Part shown: positions 9,245 to 18,570 of the stretch, in pieces
How the letters are laid out: each line of letters starts with the position of its first letter
How positions within the stretch are numbered: position 1 is the stretch's first letter
Program-made: the position numbers and the translations under genes
The notes under the pieces: generated by a model
What the model saw: only the letters and a program-made list of their open reading frames with translations
The model's database searches: none
Told to the model about the DNA's origin: nothing
Origin: Candidatus Saccharimonadales bacterium
GTDB taxonomy: Bacteria > Patescibacteriota > Saccharimonadia > Saccharimonadales > Saccharimonadaceae
Length of the DNA: 31,937 nucleotides
Direction: 5' to 3'
NCBI GenBank assembly: GCA_038248455.1
Contig: JBBRXL010000001.1
Coordinates: 1-31,937 of the forward strand

Positions 9245-11344
9245 ATGTACCAGTCAATCAAGAAGCGTAACGGTAAATTAGTGGCCTTTGAGCTTGATAA
9301 GATAGAGAAAGCATTGTTTAAGGCTGGCGAGGCGACCGGCGAATATGATTTGCAAGTAGCCAAACAACTAGCAAAGAAGTTAATCGTAAGGGCCGAGAAA
9401 GAAGTATCGGCAAAAAACCCAACAGTTGAGCAGATTCAGGATATCGCTGAAGAAATACTACTGGATTCTCGTTACAAGAAAACAGCCAAAGCTTATATAA
9501 TCTACCGCGATCAGCACGAAAAAATTCGTGAACTTACATCAGCAGCAAATATAGATCTTATCGACAGTTACCTTGGTAACTTGGACTGGCGTGTCAAAGA
9601 AAACAGTAATATGGGCTATTCGCTTCAGGGTCTCAATAACTTCATATCTTCAGAGATCAGCAAGCACTACTGGCTCGATAAAGTTTATTCAAAAAAAATA
9701 GCAGGTGCACATACATCAGGTGATTTGCATATTCATGACTTGAATCTACTTGCTGTATATTGTGTCGGCTGGGATCTACTTGATCTACTAAAAGAAGGCT
9801 TCAAGGGAGTTTCTGGCAAGGTAGCTAGCAAGCCTGCCAAGCACTTCAGGTCGGCACTTGGACAAGTTGTCAACTTCTTCTATACGCTTCAGGGTGAAGC
9901 CGCTGGCGCCCAAGCCTTTAGCAACTTTGACACACTACTAGCACCATTTATTCGTTACGATGAACTGTCGTACAAAGAAGTCAAACAGGCGCTTCAGGAA
10001 TTTGTGTTCAACGTTAACGTGCCGACTCGTGTTGGTTTCCAGACTCCGTTTACCAACATCACACTTGACCTAAATGCCCCATCAAACTTAGCCGGTACGC
10101 CAGTCGTAAGAGGTGGTGAGTTGACTGACGATAACTACGGTGATTTCCAAGCGGAGATGGATATTTTTAACAAAGCTCTACTTGCGGTACTTACCGAAGG
10201 CGACGCCAACGGTCGAGTATTTACTTTCCCAATTCCAACCTACAATATAACGCCTGATTTTGACTGGGATAATCCCGTTATCGAAGATCTATGGGAGACT
10301 TCGGCTAAGTATGGAATTCCGTATTTCTCAAACTTCATAAACAGCGATATGAAACCAGAAGACGCTAGGTCAATGTGCTGTCGACTACGTATCGATAATC
10401 GCAAGCTAGAGTATCGTGGCGGTGGACTATTCGGAGCCAATCCTATGACTGGATCAGTCGGGGTAGTTACTATCAACCTTCCGAGGCTGGCTCTCAAGTC
10501 GAAGTCAAAGGAAGAGTTCATGGAGGGACTTGAGGATTTGATGAATATGGCCAAGTCTAGCCTAGAAGTAAAGCGCAAGACGCTCGAGAAATTTACTGAC
10601 GCCAATCTTTACCCCTACACTAAATACTACCTACGAAACATCAAAAAAGGCTTCGATCAGTACTGGAAGAATCATTTCTCAACTATCGGAATTGTTGGTA
10701 TGAACGAGGCGCTCATCAATCTACTCGGTGTAGACATTGGATCTGACGAAGGTCGTGAATTTGCTGAGGGCGTCATGGATTATATGCGCGATAAGTTGGT
10801 GGAGTATCAAGAAGAAACCAGTAATAACTACAACCTAGAGGCGACACCTGCCGAAGGTACGACTTATCGATTGGCGCAAATCGACCAAAAGGATTTTGCA
10901 AATGCTAATTTCGCTAATGGAAAAGGTAAGTCTGTTGCGGCGCCGTTTTATACGAACTCAACTCACTTGCCGGTTAACTACACGGACGATTTGTTCGAGT
11001 TACTAGACCTTCAGGACGTATTGCAGACGAAATATACCGGGGGAACTGTCGTTCATTTCTTCCTAGGAGAACGTATCGATGACGCGCAGTCGTTGAAACA
11101 GCTTGTCAAAACCATCTGTACCAAGTATCGATTGCCATACTTTACGTTTAGCCCAAGCTTTAGTATCTGTAAAAATCACGGCTATCTAAAAGGCGAGCAT
11201 GAATTTTGCGAAAAGTGTGAAGAACCATGTGAGATCTATTCTCGAGTTGTCGGCTTCCTGCGACCAACTCATCAATGGAATAATGGCAAGCAAGCCGAGT
11301 TTGCGATGCGCTCAAAAGTGAATATTGAAAAAGCTCTAAAATGA
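9245..11344 (+). CDS. nrdD: Class III (anaerobic) ribonucleoside-triphosphate reductase with N-terminal ATP cone
   Basis: ATP cone (IKKRNG..VAFELDKI), HIHDL, YCVGW, SMCCRL finger loop, GMNE, EATPAE, Zn site CKNH...CEKC, glycyl loop YSRVVGFLRP. AAGGAG RBS precedes the ATG at 9245. Confidence 0.96.
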   Translation: MYQSIKKRNGKLVAFELDKIEKALFKAGEATGEYDLQVAKQLAKKLIVRAEKEVSAKNPTVEQIQDIAEEILLDSRYKKTAKAYIIYRDQHEKIRELTSAANIDLIDSYLGNLDWRVKENSNMGYSLQGLNNFISSEISKHYWLDKVYSKKIAGAHTSGDLHIHDLNLLAVYCVGWDLLDLLKEGFKGVSGKVASKPAKHFRSALGQVVNFFYTLQGEAAGAQAFSNFDTLLAPFIRYDELSYKEVKQALQEFVFNVNVPTRVGFQTPFTNITLDLNAPSNLAGTPVVRGGELTDDNYGDFQAEMDIFNKALLAVLTEGDANGRVFTFPIPTYNITPDFDWDNPVIEDLWETSAKYGIPYFSNFINSDMKPEDARSMCCRLRIDNRKLEYRGGGLFGANPMTGSVGVVTINLPRLALKSKSKEEFMEGLEDLMNMAKSSLEVKRKTLEKFTDANLYPYTKYYLRNIKKGFDQYWKNHFSTIGIVGMNEALINLLGVDIGSDEGREFAEGVMDYMRDKLVEYQEETSNNYNLEATPAEGTTYRLAQIDQKDFANANFANGKGKSVAAPFYTNSTHLPVNYTDDLFELLDLQDVLQTKYTGGTVVHFFLGERIDDAQSLKQLVKTICTKYRLPYFTFSPSFSICKNHGYLKGEHEFCEKCEEPCEIYSRVVGFLRPTHQWNNGKQAEFAMRSKVNIEKALK

Positions 11345-12030
11345 AAATAGGCGGCATACAAAAAATGTCTTTGGTGGATTATCCGTCAAAGACATGTGCC
11401 GCCATTTTCACGATTGGTTGTAATATGCGCTGTGGATACTGCCACAACCCCGAACTAGTTTTACCCGAAAGATACGCCGATAGCATTCCCGAAGAAGACA
11501 TCTTGAAATTTTTACAATCACGAATCGATAAACTTCAGGCCGTTGTAATCAGCGGTGGTGAGCCAACCATGCACGATGACTTGCCAGAGTTTATCCGCAA
11601 GGTAAAACAGATGGGGTTCTTGGTAAAGCTCGATACTAACGGCACTAATCCAAATATGCTGCGACGGTTATATGACGAAAAATTAATTGATTTTGTGGCG
11701 ATGGATATCAAAGGATCACTCACGAATTATCAGACTATCGCGGCTCGACCGCTCGACATGGATGCTATATTGCAAAGTATAAAAATGATAAAAAGTTCGG
11801 GTGTGGAGCATGAATTCAGGACGACTGTTGTTCGTTCTCAAGTTTCATTTGATGATTTCGACGAGATCGGAAAACTGGTCCATGGAGCTAAACGCTATGC
11901 TTTGCAGAAGTTTGTACCCAAGCGAACACTAAGTCCGCAGTTTAGGCACGAGACAACATATAACGACGAAGAGTTTGCTAGGCTAAAGCAAAAGATGGAA
12001 AAATACGTAGATATTTGCGTGGTGCACTAA
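11341..12030 (+). CDS. nrdG: Class III RNR activating radical-SAM enzyme
   Basis: CNMRCGYC (CxxxCxxC), ISGGEPT, KLDTNG; ATGA overlap with nrdD. Confidence 0.93.
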   Translation: MKIGGIQKMSLVDYPSKTCAAIFTIGCNMRCGYCHNPELVLPERYADSIPEEDILKFLQSRIDKLQAVVISGGEPTMHDDLPEFIRKVKQMGFLVKLDTNGTNPNMLRRLYDEKLIDFVAMDIKGSLTNYQTIAARPLDMDAILQSIKMIKSSGVEHEFRTTVVRSQVSFDDFDEIGKLVHGAKRYALQKFVPKRTLSPQFRHETTYNDEEFARLKQKMEKYVDICVVH

Positions 12031-12032
12031 TC

Positions 12033-12701
12033 ATGAAGAGGCTTGCTAAAGTTGTAGATATTATCTATGAATCACCAGATGTTATTACGATTAATTTTCT
12101 GGTTGATGGGGCGGTCATGCCATTTACGGCCGGACAATATATTACTGCCTACTTCGACCAGACAGGTTTTCTTCCAGGAAAGGCTTATAGTTTATCGAGT
12201 AGTCCCGATGAGCCGACTATGAGTATAACAGTCAAAAAGATTGGTTTGTTTTCTGGATTACTGCATGATCTTAAAGTAGACGATAAATTTACGATATCCA
12301 AGCCCTATGGATTTTTTAATTTAGATATTGATCGGCCTATAGTCGCGATAGCGGCTGGTGTGGGCATATCACCCATGTATAGCATTATCAAAGACAAAGT
12401 TGATAAGTCTGATACATCTTTGATTGAGCTATTTTATTGCAACAAAACTGAGCAAGATATAATATTTCGTACCAGGCTCGAGCGCATACGTCAATTAAGT
12501 GTAAACCATTTTATAACCAAGCAGCCTAATACGTCGTGTATACCTCGAAGATTTTTAGCAAAACGTGATATTAAATCTACAGGTAATATCTATTATATTT
12601 GTGGAGCACAGCAATTCGTGGCAGACATTTGGCGACAACTGATAGATATGGGTGTGGATGTTGATTTGATTTCGACTGAAACATTTTTTGAGGCCTCATA
12701 A
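12033..12701 (+). CDS. Ferredoxin/flavodoxin-NADP+ reductase-like FAD-binding oxidoreductase
   Basis: FTAGQY, KAYSLSSSP (FAD-binding), AAGVGISP (NAD(P)-binding), YYICG; starts 2 nt after the nrdG stop. Confidence 0.85.
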   Translation: MKRLAKVVDIIYESPDVITINFLVDGAVMPFTAGQYITAYFDQTGFLPGKAYSLSSSPDEPTMSITVKKIGLFSGLLHDLKVDDKFTISKPYGFFNLDIDRPIVAIAAGVGISPMYSIIKDKVDKSDTSLIELFYCNKTEQDIIFRTRLERIRQLSVNHFITKQPNTSCIPRRFLAKRDIKSTGNIYYICGAQQFVADIWRQLIDMGVDVDLISTETFFEAS

Positions 12702-13873
12702 TGGACGTTGAAGTCCTTGAATCAGTTGAGATTATATCTGTTCCGAGCACTGAGCTAGATAGTCAATTAAATAAAGCTTACTGCGCCGAAATCGGCGGCA
12801 TTGCTTGTACCACCTGTTTCTTCTTTGATATGTGTCCAAAGACGCCACCAATTGTCGACGTGATTATTTCACTAGATTCAGAGCCAGCCAAAAACTCGGT
12901 TGATGTGATTCTTGCAGATTCATTTATCGCGCCCGAAAAACAAGCAAGCGAGGCTTTATATTCCAATAACCAAATGGACGTGGTATTGGATCGGGTATAT
13001 CCTGACAAAAAGGAAGTACAACCTGCGCGCTCGAAATACCTGGATAGACTAATGGATGACAGTGTTGAAGTTGTCGTTGCGGATAGTATAGCCGCAAAAC
13101 AGTTAGCGATGACAGCCGAAGATAATTTTGTTGTGCCTGGACCTGTCGCAGAAAAGACAATTGTCAATATTGAACATGAAGATATGCCTTATATCTCACC
13201 AGAAATAGCAAAAGCTCAACCAGAGCCCGAGCCGGTTATTGAAGTACTATCAGCGTATCAAGCTGATCATGATGAGATTATCGAAAACCAAGAGCCAATT
13301 ATTACTGACCGTTGCGTAGAACTGTTACCAGTCAAATCCGTTGAAATAGACGAACTTGTGGTAGAAAAGCCAGAAATAACTAAACCATCTATATTTTTAT
13401 CAGATATCGAGGAGCCTAAGCGCAAGGTTGTTGAGGATCGAGACGCTCAGGACTCATTAGCTGAGACTACAGCATTTGAACCGGAAGAAGCAGTTGTTAT
13501 ATTGTCTGAAGAAGCAGAATCGGAACTTGAGACATTAGAATTGGTTGATGAAATGCCTGAATCACAAGTTGGAATTGAATTATCGTTATCAAAAGAAATT
13601 AGTAAGACTGTAGATGAAACTGAGTTGATTAGAGAGGTGGACCCGTCCTTGTTTTTAGTTGATGAGATTGATCAACCGGATATTGAAAGATTCCAATTAG
13701 AAATAGTCAAAGATACTACAGCCGTAGGGCTTTGTGTGGATTTTGAACCAATCATAGATAATGATGATGAAATAGATTTCGAGCGACAATTCATCGACCA
13801 AAGAGGCATCATCATTGTCCGAGATATTATTGATTTGATGCGCACGTTAGCTAGGTTTGCTCTTGCTGGCTGA
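12701..13873 (+). CDS. Hypothetical highly acidic protein with an N-terminal four-Cys motif
   Basis: 390-aa open frame; TAATG overlap with the upstream gene; CAEIGGIACTTCFFFDMCP followed by an E/D/P/V-rich low-complexity body. Confidence 0.7.
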   Translation: MDVEVLESVEIISVPSTELDSQLNKAYCAEIGGIACTTCFFFDMCPKTPPIVDVIISLDSEPAKNSVDVILADSFIAPEKQASEALYSNNQMDVVLDRVYPDKKEVQPARSKYLDRLMDDSVEVVVADSIAAKQLAMTAEDNFVVPGPVAEKTIVNIEHEDMPYISPEIAKAQPEPEPVIEVLSAYQADHDEIIENQEPIITDRCVELLPVKSVEIDELVVEKPEITKPSIFLSDIEEPKRKVVEDRDAQDSLAETTAFEPEEAVVILSEEAESELETLELVDEMPESQVGIELSLSKEISKTVDETELIREVDPSLFLVDEIDQPDIERFQLEIVKDTTAVGLCVDFEPIIDNDDEIDFERQFIDQRGIIIVRDIIDLMRTLARFALAG

Positions 13874-15547
13874 TTATTTTCCACCAAGGAAATAAATAGG
13901 CGATAAGAAGTCGCCCTGCATAGCGCGAATTTGCCAATCACCTGTCGGTATTATGTAACCACTCCAAGTCCAACCGGATTTTCCGCCCGCATCTGTCTGG
14001 GTGTATGGAAGATATCGGTCATTACCCGATGTATTATCATGCATCCAGATAGTACAGTAGCTAGCAACTGCTGCTGTGCAACCACTACCTAGTGTCGTAG
14101 AACTGGAGTAGCTATGTTCGGATTTGGAACTGCCGGCTTGTAGTAGAGTTGGCTTAGCTGCAACCGAGTTTAGCGACTGGGCAACCTGGAGGGCCTTGCC
14201 GGCGTTGATGACACCGTGGCCGTACTCATTGGCATATGGAAGTCCGCTCATTGCTGAGACTTTAGTAGATGTTGCCGATATTATAGCGGCTATATCATCG
14301 ACGGATGAACTTGGCCGGATAGATTTAATTAGCGAAGCTAGGCTAGCGACTTGAGGGGAGGCAAATGATGTACCATATAGCGCGCCAGAATATAGTGTTG
14401 TTGCATTGGACGAAGTCCAGGTCGGTGAATTGATAGTACCAGAACCTGGAGCGACAACATCTAAGCCTGGTCCGTAACTACTGAAACTAGCTCGTTGGTC
14501 ACTCGAAGTTGTGGCGCCGACTGAGATGACATGGTTTAATATCGCAGGATACCCCATATAACCTACACCCAGACCTGCACAGCCTGATTCTGTGCCGGTA
14601 CCACAGTTACCGGCTGCCGCCACTACAACAACGTTTTGAGAGTAAGCATAGTCGACGGCTGTTTTCATAGCTGGATCGTAATCACTGCCGCCGAGGCTCA
14701 TGTTTATCACACTGGCGCCGTTGTCGACTGCATAATATATAGCAGCTACAATATCGCTCGTGTAGCCCGGTCCGTCATCGGTTAAAGCTTGGAGAGGTAT
14801 GACTTTCGTATTCCAGTTGACGGTAGTTATACCCACGTTGTTGTTGCCAGCTGAGCCGACTAAACCGGATGTTTCTGTGCCGTGCGATACACCTGCTCCA
14901 TTTACATTAGTTCGTCCGGTTTGTGGATTATTATCGCCTAGGGCAAAATTCCAGCCGCGCCAGTCGTCGACATAGCCGTTATTATCATCGTCACAGTTAT
15001 TGGTAGATTTATCTACAGAGACTCCCGTCCAGCATCTACCACCCAGGCTGGTGTTGCCTATCTCGCCAGAGTTGGTGTACCAGTTATTTTTGAGGTCTTC
15101 GTGGTTTAGTGAGAACCCCGTATCAATGACTGCGACAATCGTTGAGCCGTTTCCTGTCGAGATATCCCAGGCGGCTGGAGCATTTACTTTTTGGATGGCC
15201 CAGTTGGTGGCGTATCCCGGATCGTTGGCTACTAAGAGTGGATAGTAGATATGTTCGTTAGTGACTGATTGCCTAATTTCTTCTTGCTTTGGTGCGTTGA
15301 CTACTGGTTCGGCTGCCTTTGGTTTGACTAGGTCCGTACGGGGAATATCGACAGTTGGTGAGGAATCTACGGCAGGTTGTTTAGTTTCAGACTTGCTTGA
15401 GAGCTTGCTTGATTCTATTGGTTGAGCTTTGTCAGGAGATGTTATTGTGACAGGTGATATCTGAATAAATTTTAGGCCTACCAAAACAAACATCGCCACG
15501 ATTATGATACTAGACAGGGAAGTTAGAAATATCTTTTGTTTATTCAT
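13874..15547 (-). CDS. Membrane-anchored S8 (subtilisin/thermitase-like) serine peptidase
   Basis: N-terminal TM, S/K/P linker, VAVIDTG (Asp), SHGT (His), AAAGN (oxyanion Asn), GTSFASP (Ser). Confidence 0.93.
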   Translation of the reverse strand: MNKQKIFLTSLSSIIIVAMFVLVGLKFIQISPVTITSPDKAQPIESSKLSSKSETKQPAVDSSPTVDIPRTDLVKPKAAEPVVNAPKQEEIRQSVTNEHIYYPLLVANDPGYATNWAIQKVNAPAAWDISTGNGSTIVAVIDTGFSLNHEDLKNNWYTNSGEIGNTSLGGRCWTGVSVDKSTNNCDDDNNGYVDDWRGWNFALGDNNPQTGRTNVNGAGVSHGTETSGLVGSAGNNNVGITTVNWNTKVIPLQALTDDGPGYTSDIVAAIYYAVDNGASVINMSLGGSDYDPAMKTAVDYAYSQNVVVVAAAGNCGTGTESGCAGLGVGYMGYPAILNHVISVGATTSSDQRASFSSYGPGLDVVAPGSGTINSPTWTSSNATTLYSGALYGTSFASPQVASLASLIKSIRPSSSVDDIAAIISATSTKVSAMSGLPYANEYGHGVINAGKALQVAQSLNSVAAKPTLLQAGSSKSEHSYSSSTTLGSGCTAAVASYCTIWMHDNTSGNDRYLPYTQTDAGGKSGWTWSGYIIPTGDWQIRAMQGDFLSPIYFLGGK

Positions 15548-15608
15548 GTATTTGTTTTTGGTTTGTTGTGTTTTTATTATAGCATTTTGTGCAATATAAA
15601 TGCGAGTT

Positions 15609-15620
15609 GGGGTGAAAGGA
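15609..15620 (-). repeat. 12-bp direct copy of the tRNA-Pro 3' end (T-stem/acceptor)
   Basis: ggggtgaaagga at 15609-15620 is identical to 15690-15701 within tRNA-Pro. Confidence 0.7.
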
Positions 15621-15647
15621 TATCGTTGCGCTTCTCTGCTTGCTTAC

Positions 15648-15685
15648 AAAATAAAATAGACTACGCAAGGTAGTCTTTTTTATTT
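15648..15685 (-). terminator. Hairpin/terminator directly 3' of tRNA-Pro
   Basis: agactac/gtagtct stem with a 5-nt loop, flanked by complementary A/T tracts. Confidence 0.7.
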
Positions 15686-15760
15686 GGTCGGGGTGAAAGG
15701 ACTCAAACCTTCGACCTCTCGGTCCCAAACCGAGCGCGCTATCAACTGCGCCACACCCCG
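15685..15760 (-). tRNA. tRNA-Pro(TGG)
   Basis: Full cloverleaf on the minus strand: acceptor CGGGGTG/CACCCCG, anticodon stem CTCGG/CCGAG with loop TTTGGGA, encoded CCA. Confidence 0.95.
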
Positions 15761-15885
15761 AAGTGTGTACTTAGGAGATTATAGACCATTTACGGTATTA
15801 TTTCCAGTGGTAGGGGCGACAATTTTCATAAAATATTAGCCGATGGTATACCCCTGTAGGCAGAATATTGTTATAGTTAGTGAAT

Positions 15886-17466
15886 ATGAAAAGCTTTCTA
15901 TCTAGATTTAAAAGAAATTCAAATAAATTCATACCACTTGACTGGTGGGTGCTTGGCGGTGGTCTGATCGTTTATTTATCGGCTACTCTGTACAAGATTA
16001 CATCATCGGGTATTTGGTTTGACGAGGGATTTAGTACCTATATTGCTAGGTTTAATTTCTTCGACATAGCCAAATATACAGCCGCGGATGTACACCCACC
16101 TATGTATTATTGGTTTCTGAAAGTCTGGATGACATTTTTCGGCAATAGTGAACTGGCGATCCGGTCGCTTAGTGTATTATTCGCCGTTGTCGCTATCGTC
16201 GCGGCATTTCTGCTAGTAAAGAAATTATTTGGTCGCAAAGCTGCTTGGTTGACTGTACTATTTTTGTCCGTATCACCGATGCTCGTTCGTTACGGTATAG
16301 AAGCTCGCATGTACACCATGGCTACTGCTATCGCTATAACTGCGACGTATGCGTTGACAGTTGCTGTCGAGTCAAAGAGCCGTAAGCCATGGATAATTTA
16401 TGGTGTATTAATCGCTGTTGGTATGTGGACTCATTATTTTATGGCTCTTGTCTGGCTAGCTCACTGGGCTTGGCGATATATTGTACTAAAACAATCTGGT
16501 CTAAAGAAGCAAAAACTAAAAAAAGAATTCTTCTCAAAAAACTGGATGCTAACTCATATTTTGGCTGTTGCGATTTTCTTACCATGGATTCCATTTATGT
16601 TGATTCAACTTGGCGGCATTCAGGGTGGAGGATTCTGGATTGGTCTTGTTGGCGCCGACACATTAACTGGTTATATGACCAACGTTTTGTTTTATCAAGA
16701 GCACGGCAAGGCTAATGGTTGGTATGCGATAGCGGCTGAGGTTATAGCTCTTGCTTTGGCTTTTGTGGCTTTCAAGCTTTATCCAAAACTAAACAAGAAA
16801 GATAAGAAAAATTATCTACTTATAATAACTCTAGCTTTCATACCAGTTCTCTTGCTATTTATCTTCTCGTTGCCTCCGCTTAAGTCATCTTTTGTGGAAC
16901 GTTATCTGATGCCTTCGGTTGTTGGTTTCGGAATATTCTCCGGTGTAACAATCGCGCTTGGAATGAAGAAGCTCAAGAGGGTTTGGAGTGTAGGCCTAGT
17001 CAGTCTGATGGTAGTGTCGATGTTGGTCGGAATATTAAATGTTTATTATTACGGCAATTACAACAAGAATACAGATACAAAAGTAAACACGGCTCAGCTA
17101 GTTAAAGATATTCAAGCAAAAAACAATGGCGAAACAGAGCCAATTATAGCTAAAGACCCATGGATTTTCTACGAAGCAGTCAACTACACAACTGATAAAA
17201 ATCCAGTTTATTTCATTGATCAAGATGCAGATTATAGGTATGGTTCAACCAATATGCTACGAGATAATGATCAGTTCAAGATAAAGGATTTGAAGGCTTT
17301 TGAAAAAAATCACCCTAAGATATGGTATATCGGAAACACTGGCAACCAACCGCTTTCATCGTCTCACAAAAACTGGATTCAAGTACAGGCATTTTCGATA
17401 TATGACCCAATCAACAAAACCGATCCTTATAAAGCTGTCGAATACCGCATCACTAGCGCGGAATAA
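15886..17466 (+). CDS. GT-C fold membrane glycosyltransferase (PMT_2/GT39/ArnT-like)
   Basis: WFDEGFS, DVHPPMYY, IRSLS, EARMY motifs; about 12 TM helices; C-terminal extracellular domain. Confidence 0.85.
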   Translation: MKSFLSRFKRNSNKFIPLDWWVLGGGLIVYLSATLYKITSSGIWFDEGFSTYIARFNFFDIAKYTAADVHPPMYYWFLKVWMTFFGNSELAIRSLSVLFAVVAIVAAFLLVKKLFGRKAAWLTVLFLSVSPMLVRYGIEARMYTMATAIAITATYALTVAVESKSRKPWIIYGVLIAVGMWTHYFMALVWLAHWAWRYIVLKQSGLKKQKLKKEFFSKNWMLTHILAVAIFLPWIPFMLIQLGGIQGGGFWIGLVGADTLTGYMTNVLFYQEHGKANGWYAIAAEVIALALAFVAFKLYPKLNKKDKKNYLLIITLAFIPVLLLFIFSLPPLKSSFVERYLMPSVVGFGIFSGVTIALGMKKLKRVWSVGLVSLMVVSMLVGILNVYYYGNYNKNTDTKVNTAQLVKDIQAKNNGETEPIIAKDPWIFYEAVNYTTDKNPVYFIDQDADYRYGSTNMLRDNDQFKIKDLKAFEKNHPKIWYIGNTGNQPLSSSHKNWIQVQAFSIYDPINKTDPYKAVEYRITSAE

Positions 17467-18520
17467 TTTTGTTGACATTTGGAATTTTCAAAATAGACCA
17501 TACAATCATGATTGCTACTATGCCAAGTAATGTATTTTCTACGATATTAGTGCTACTTAATGTAAAGTAGCTGATGATACAAAGTGCCACTCCATGAACG
17601 ATGTAAGCCGTGAGTGAACGTGAACCAAACTCGCCAAGTAACCAGCCGAAGTATTTTTTGATGTAAGATTCGAACTGGATAAAAAACAACAAGAAACCGG
17701 TGAACCACAGAAAGGCCAGGCCTGCTCTGTATAAACTGATAGTGTCCTTTGTGAATAGAGGGTTTAGACTGGACGTTAAACTTGGCACCAGCGTTGGCTG
17801 GAATATACATAGGTATGAGACTGCAACGGTTACAGCTGTTGCTAGCCATATGGAATATTTGAACGTATTGCGACGTTTGACTTCCATTTTTTTCCACCAA
17901 TCTGTAATATCTTCTAGATAGTAGCCGGCGACACTCGGTACGAAGAACAAAAATTGCCATTGCAATATTTCGCTATGATTTGTCCAACCTATGATTAGCA
18001 AGATTAGACTGATGAGTCCTACCATCCAGGTCTTGCCGCGGCGCATGAGCCATACTGCTATTGGAGATGCGGCCAAGAATACAGCGTATAGTGCCAAGAA
18101 ATAAACCCACAGAAATGTATATTCGAGATGTATCAGTTGGTTAAATAGTTCGCGCCAATCACCTATATCTACAGGGTAGCTGGGTGCTCCACCTCCCAGT
18201 TTGATATTCCAGATTATTGCCGCATAAGCTAGACTGGCGATTATTGACCATATATATAGTATGCCGGCTCGTTTTAAAAGTTTGACGGTGATACTTTTTA
18301 GGGAATCACTACGTCCTTTGAATCCACGGACGTAACCGATAAGTAGGCCAGATATGATGACAAAACCTTCGGCAGCAGTTACCCATAACTGAGCTTTTCC
18401 GCTAAGTGCCCCAGCGACGCTTGGCCAGCGCGATAAATGATCAACGATAATTATTACAATAAAGTAGCCTCTTAGGTAGTCGAGCGACAGCATTCGATTC
18501 GGTTTTTTAGTTCTTGGCAT
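17453..18520 (-). CDS. OpgC-like membrane acyltransferase
   Basis: RMLSLDYLRG, IIVDH, AAEGFVIISG, LALY, WQFLF, GSRSLTAY resemble the OpgC/acyltransferase-3 family; about 10 TM helices. Confidence 0.75.
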   Translation of the reverse strand: MPRTKKPNRMLSLDYLRGYFIVIIIVDHLSRWPSVAGALSGKAQLWVTAAEGFVIISGLLIGYVRGFKGRSDSLKSITVKLLKRAGILYIWSIIASLAYAAIIWNIKLGGGAPSYPVDIGDWRELFNQLIHLEYTFLWVYFLALYAVFLAASPIAVWLMRRGKTWMVGLISLILLIIGWTNHSEILQWQFLFFVPSVAGYYLEDITDWWKKMEVKRRNTFKYSIWLATAVTVAVSYLCIFQPTLVPSLTSSLNPLFTKDTISLYRAGLAFLWFTGFLLFFIQFESYIKKYFGWLLGEFGSRSLTAYIVHGVALCIISYFTLSSTNIVENTLLGIVAIMIVWSILKIPNVNKIIPR

Positions 18521-18570
18521 TGTTTAATTATACCATCGACATTGGCAGCGTTTGCTTAAAAAGCATTGAT

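Noticed and set aside
13080-13800. Tandem repeats in the acidic protein
   Set aside because: Compositionally biased, but no recurring DNA or peptide unit was found by eye.
13871-13876. Zero-gap or overlapping convergent stops (also 17453-17466 and 23397-23407)
   Set aside because: Expected from genome compaction; no further evidence of function.
15540-15728. 62-aa ORF on the minus strand
   Set aside because: Reads through tRNA-Pro and its terminator; a by-product of the tRNA sequence.
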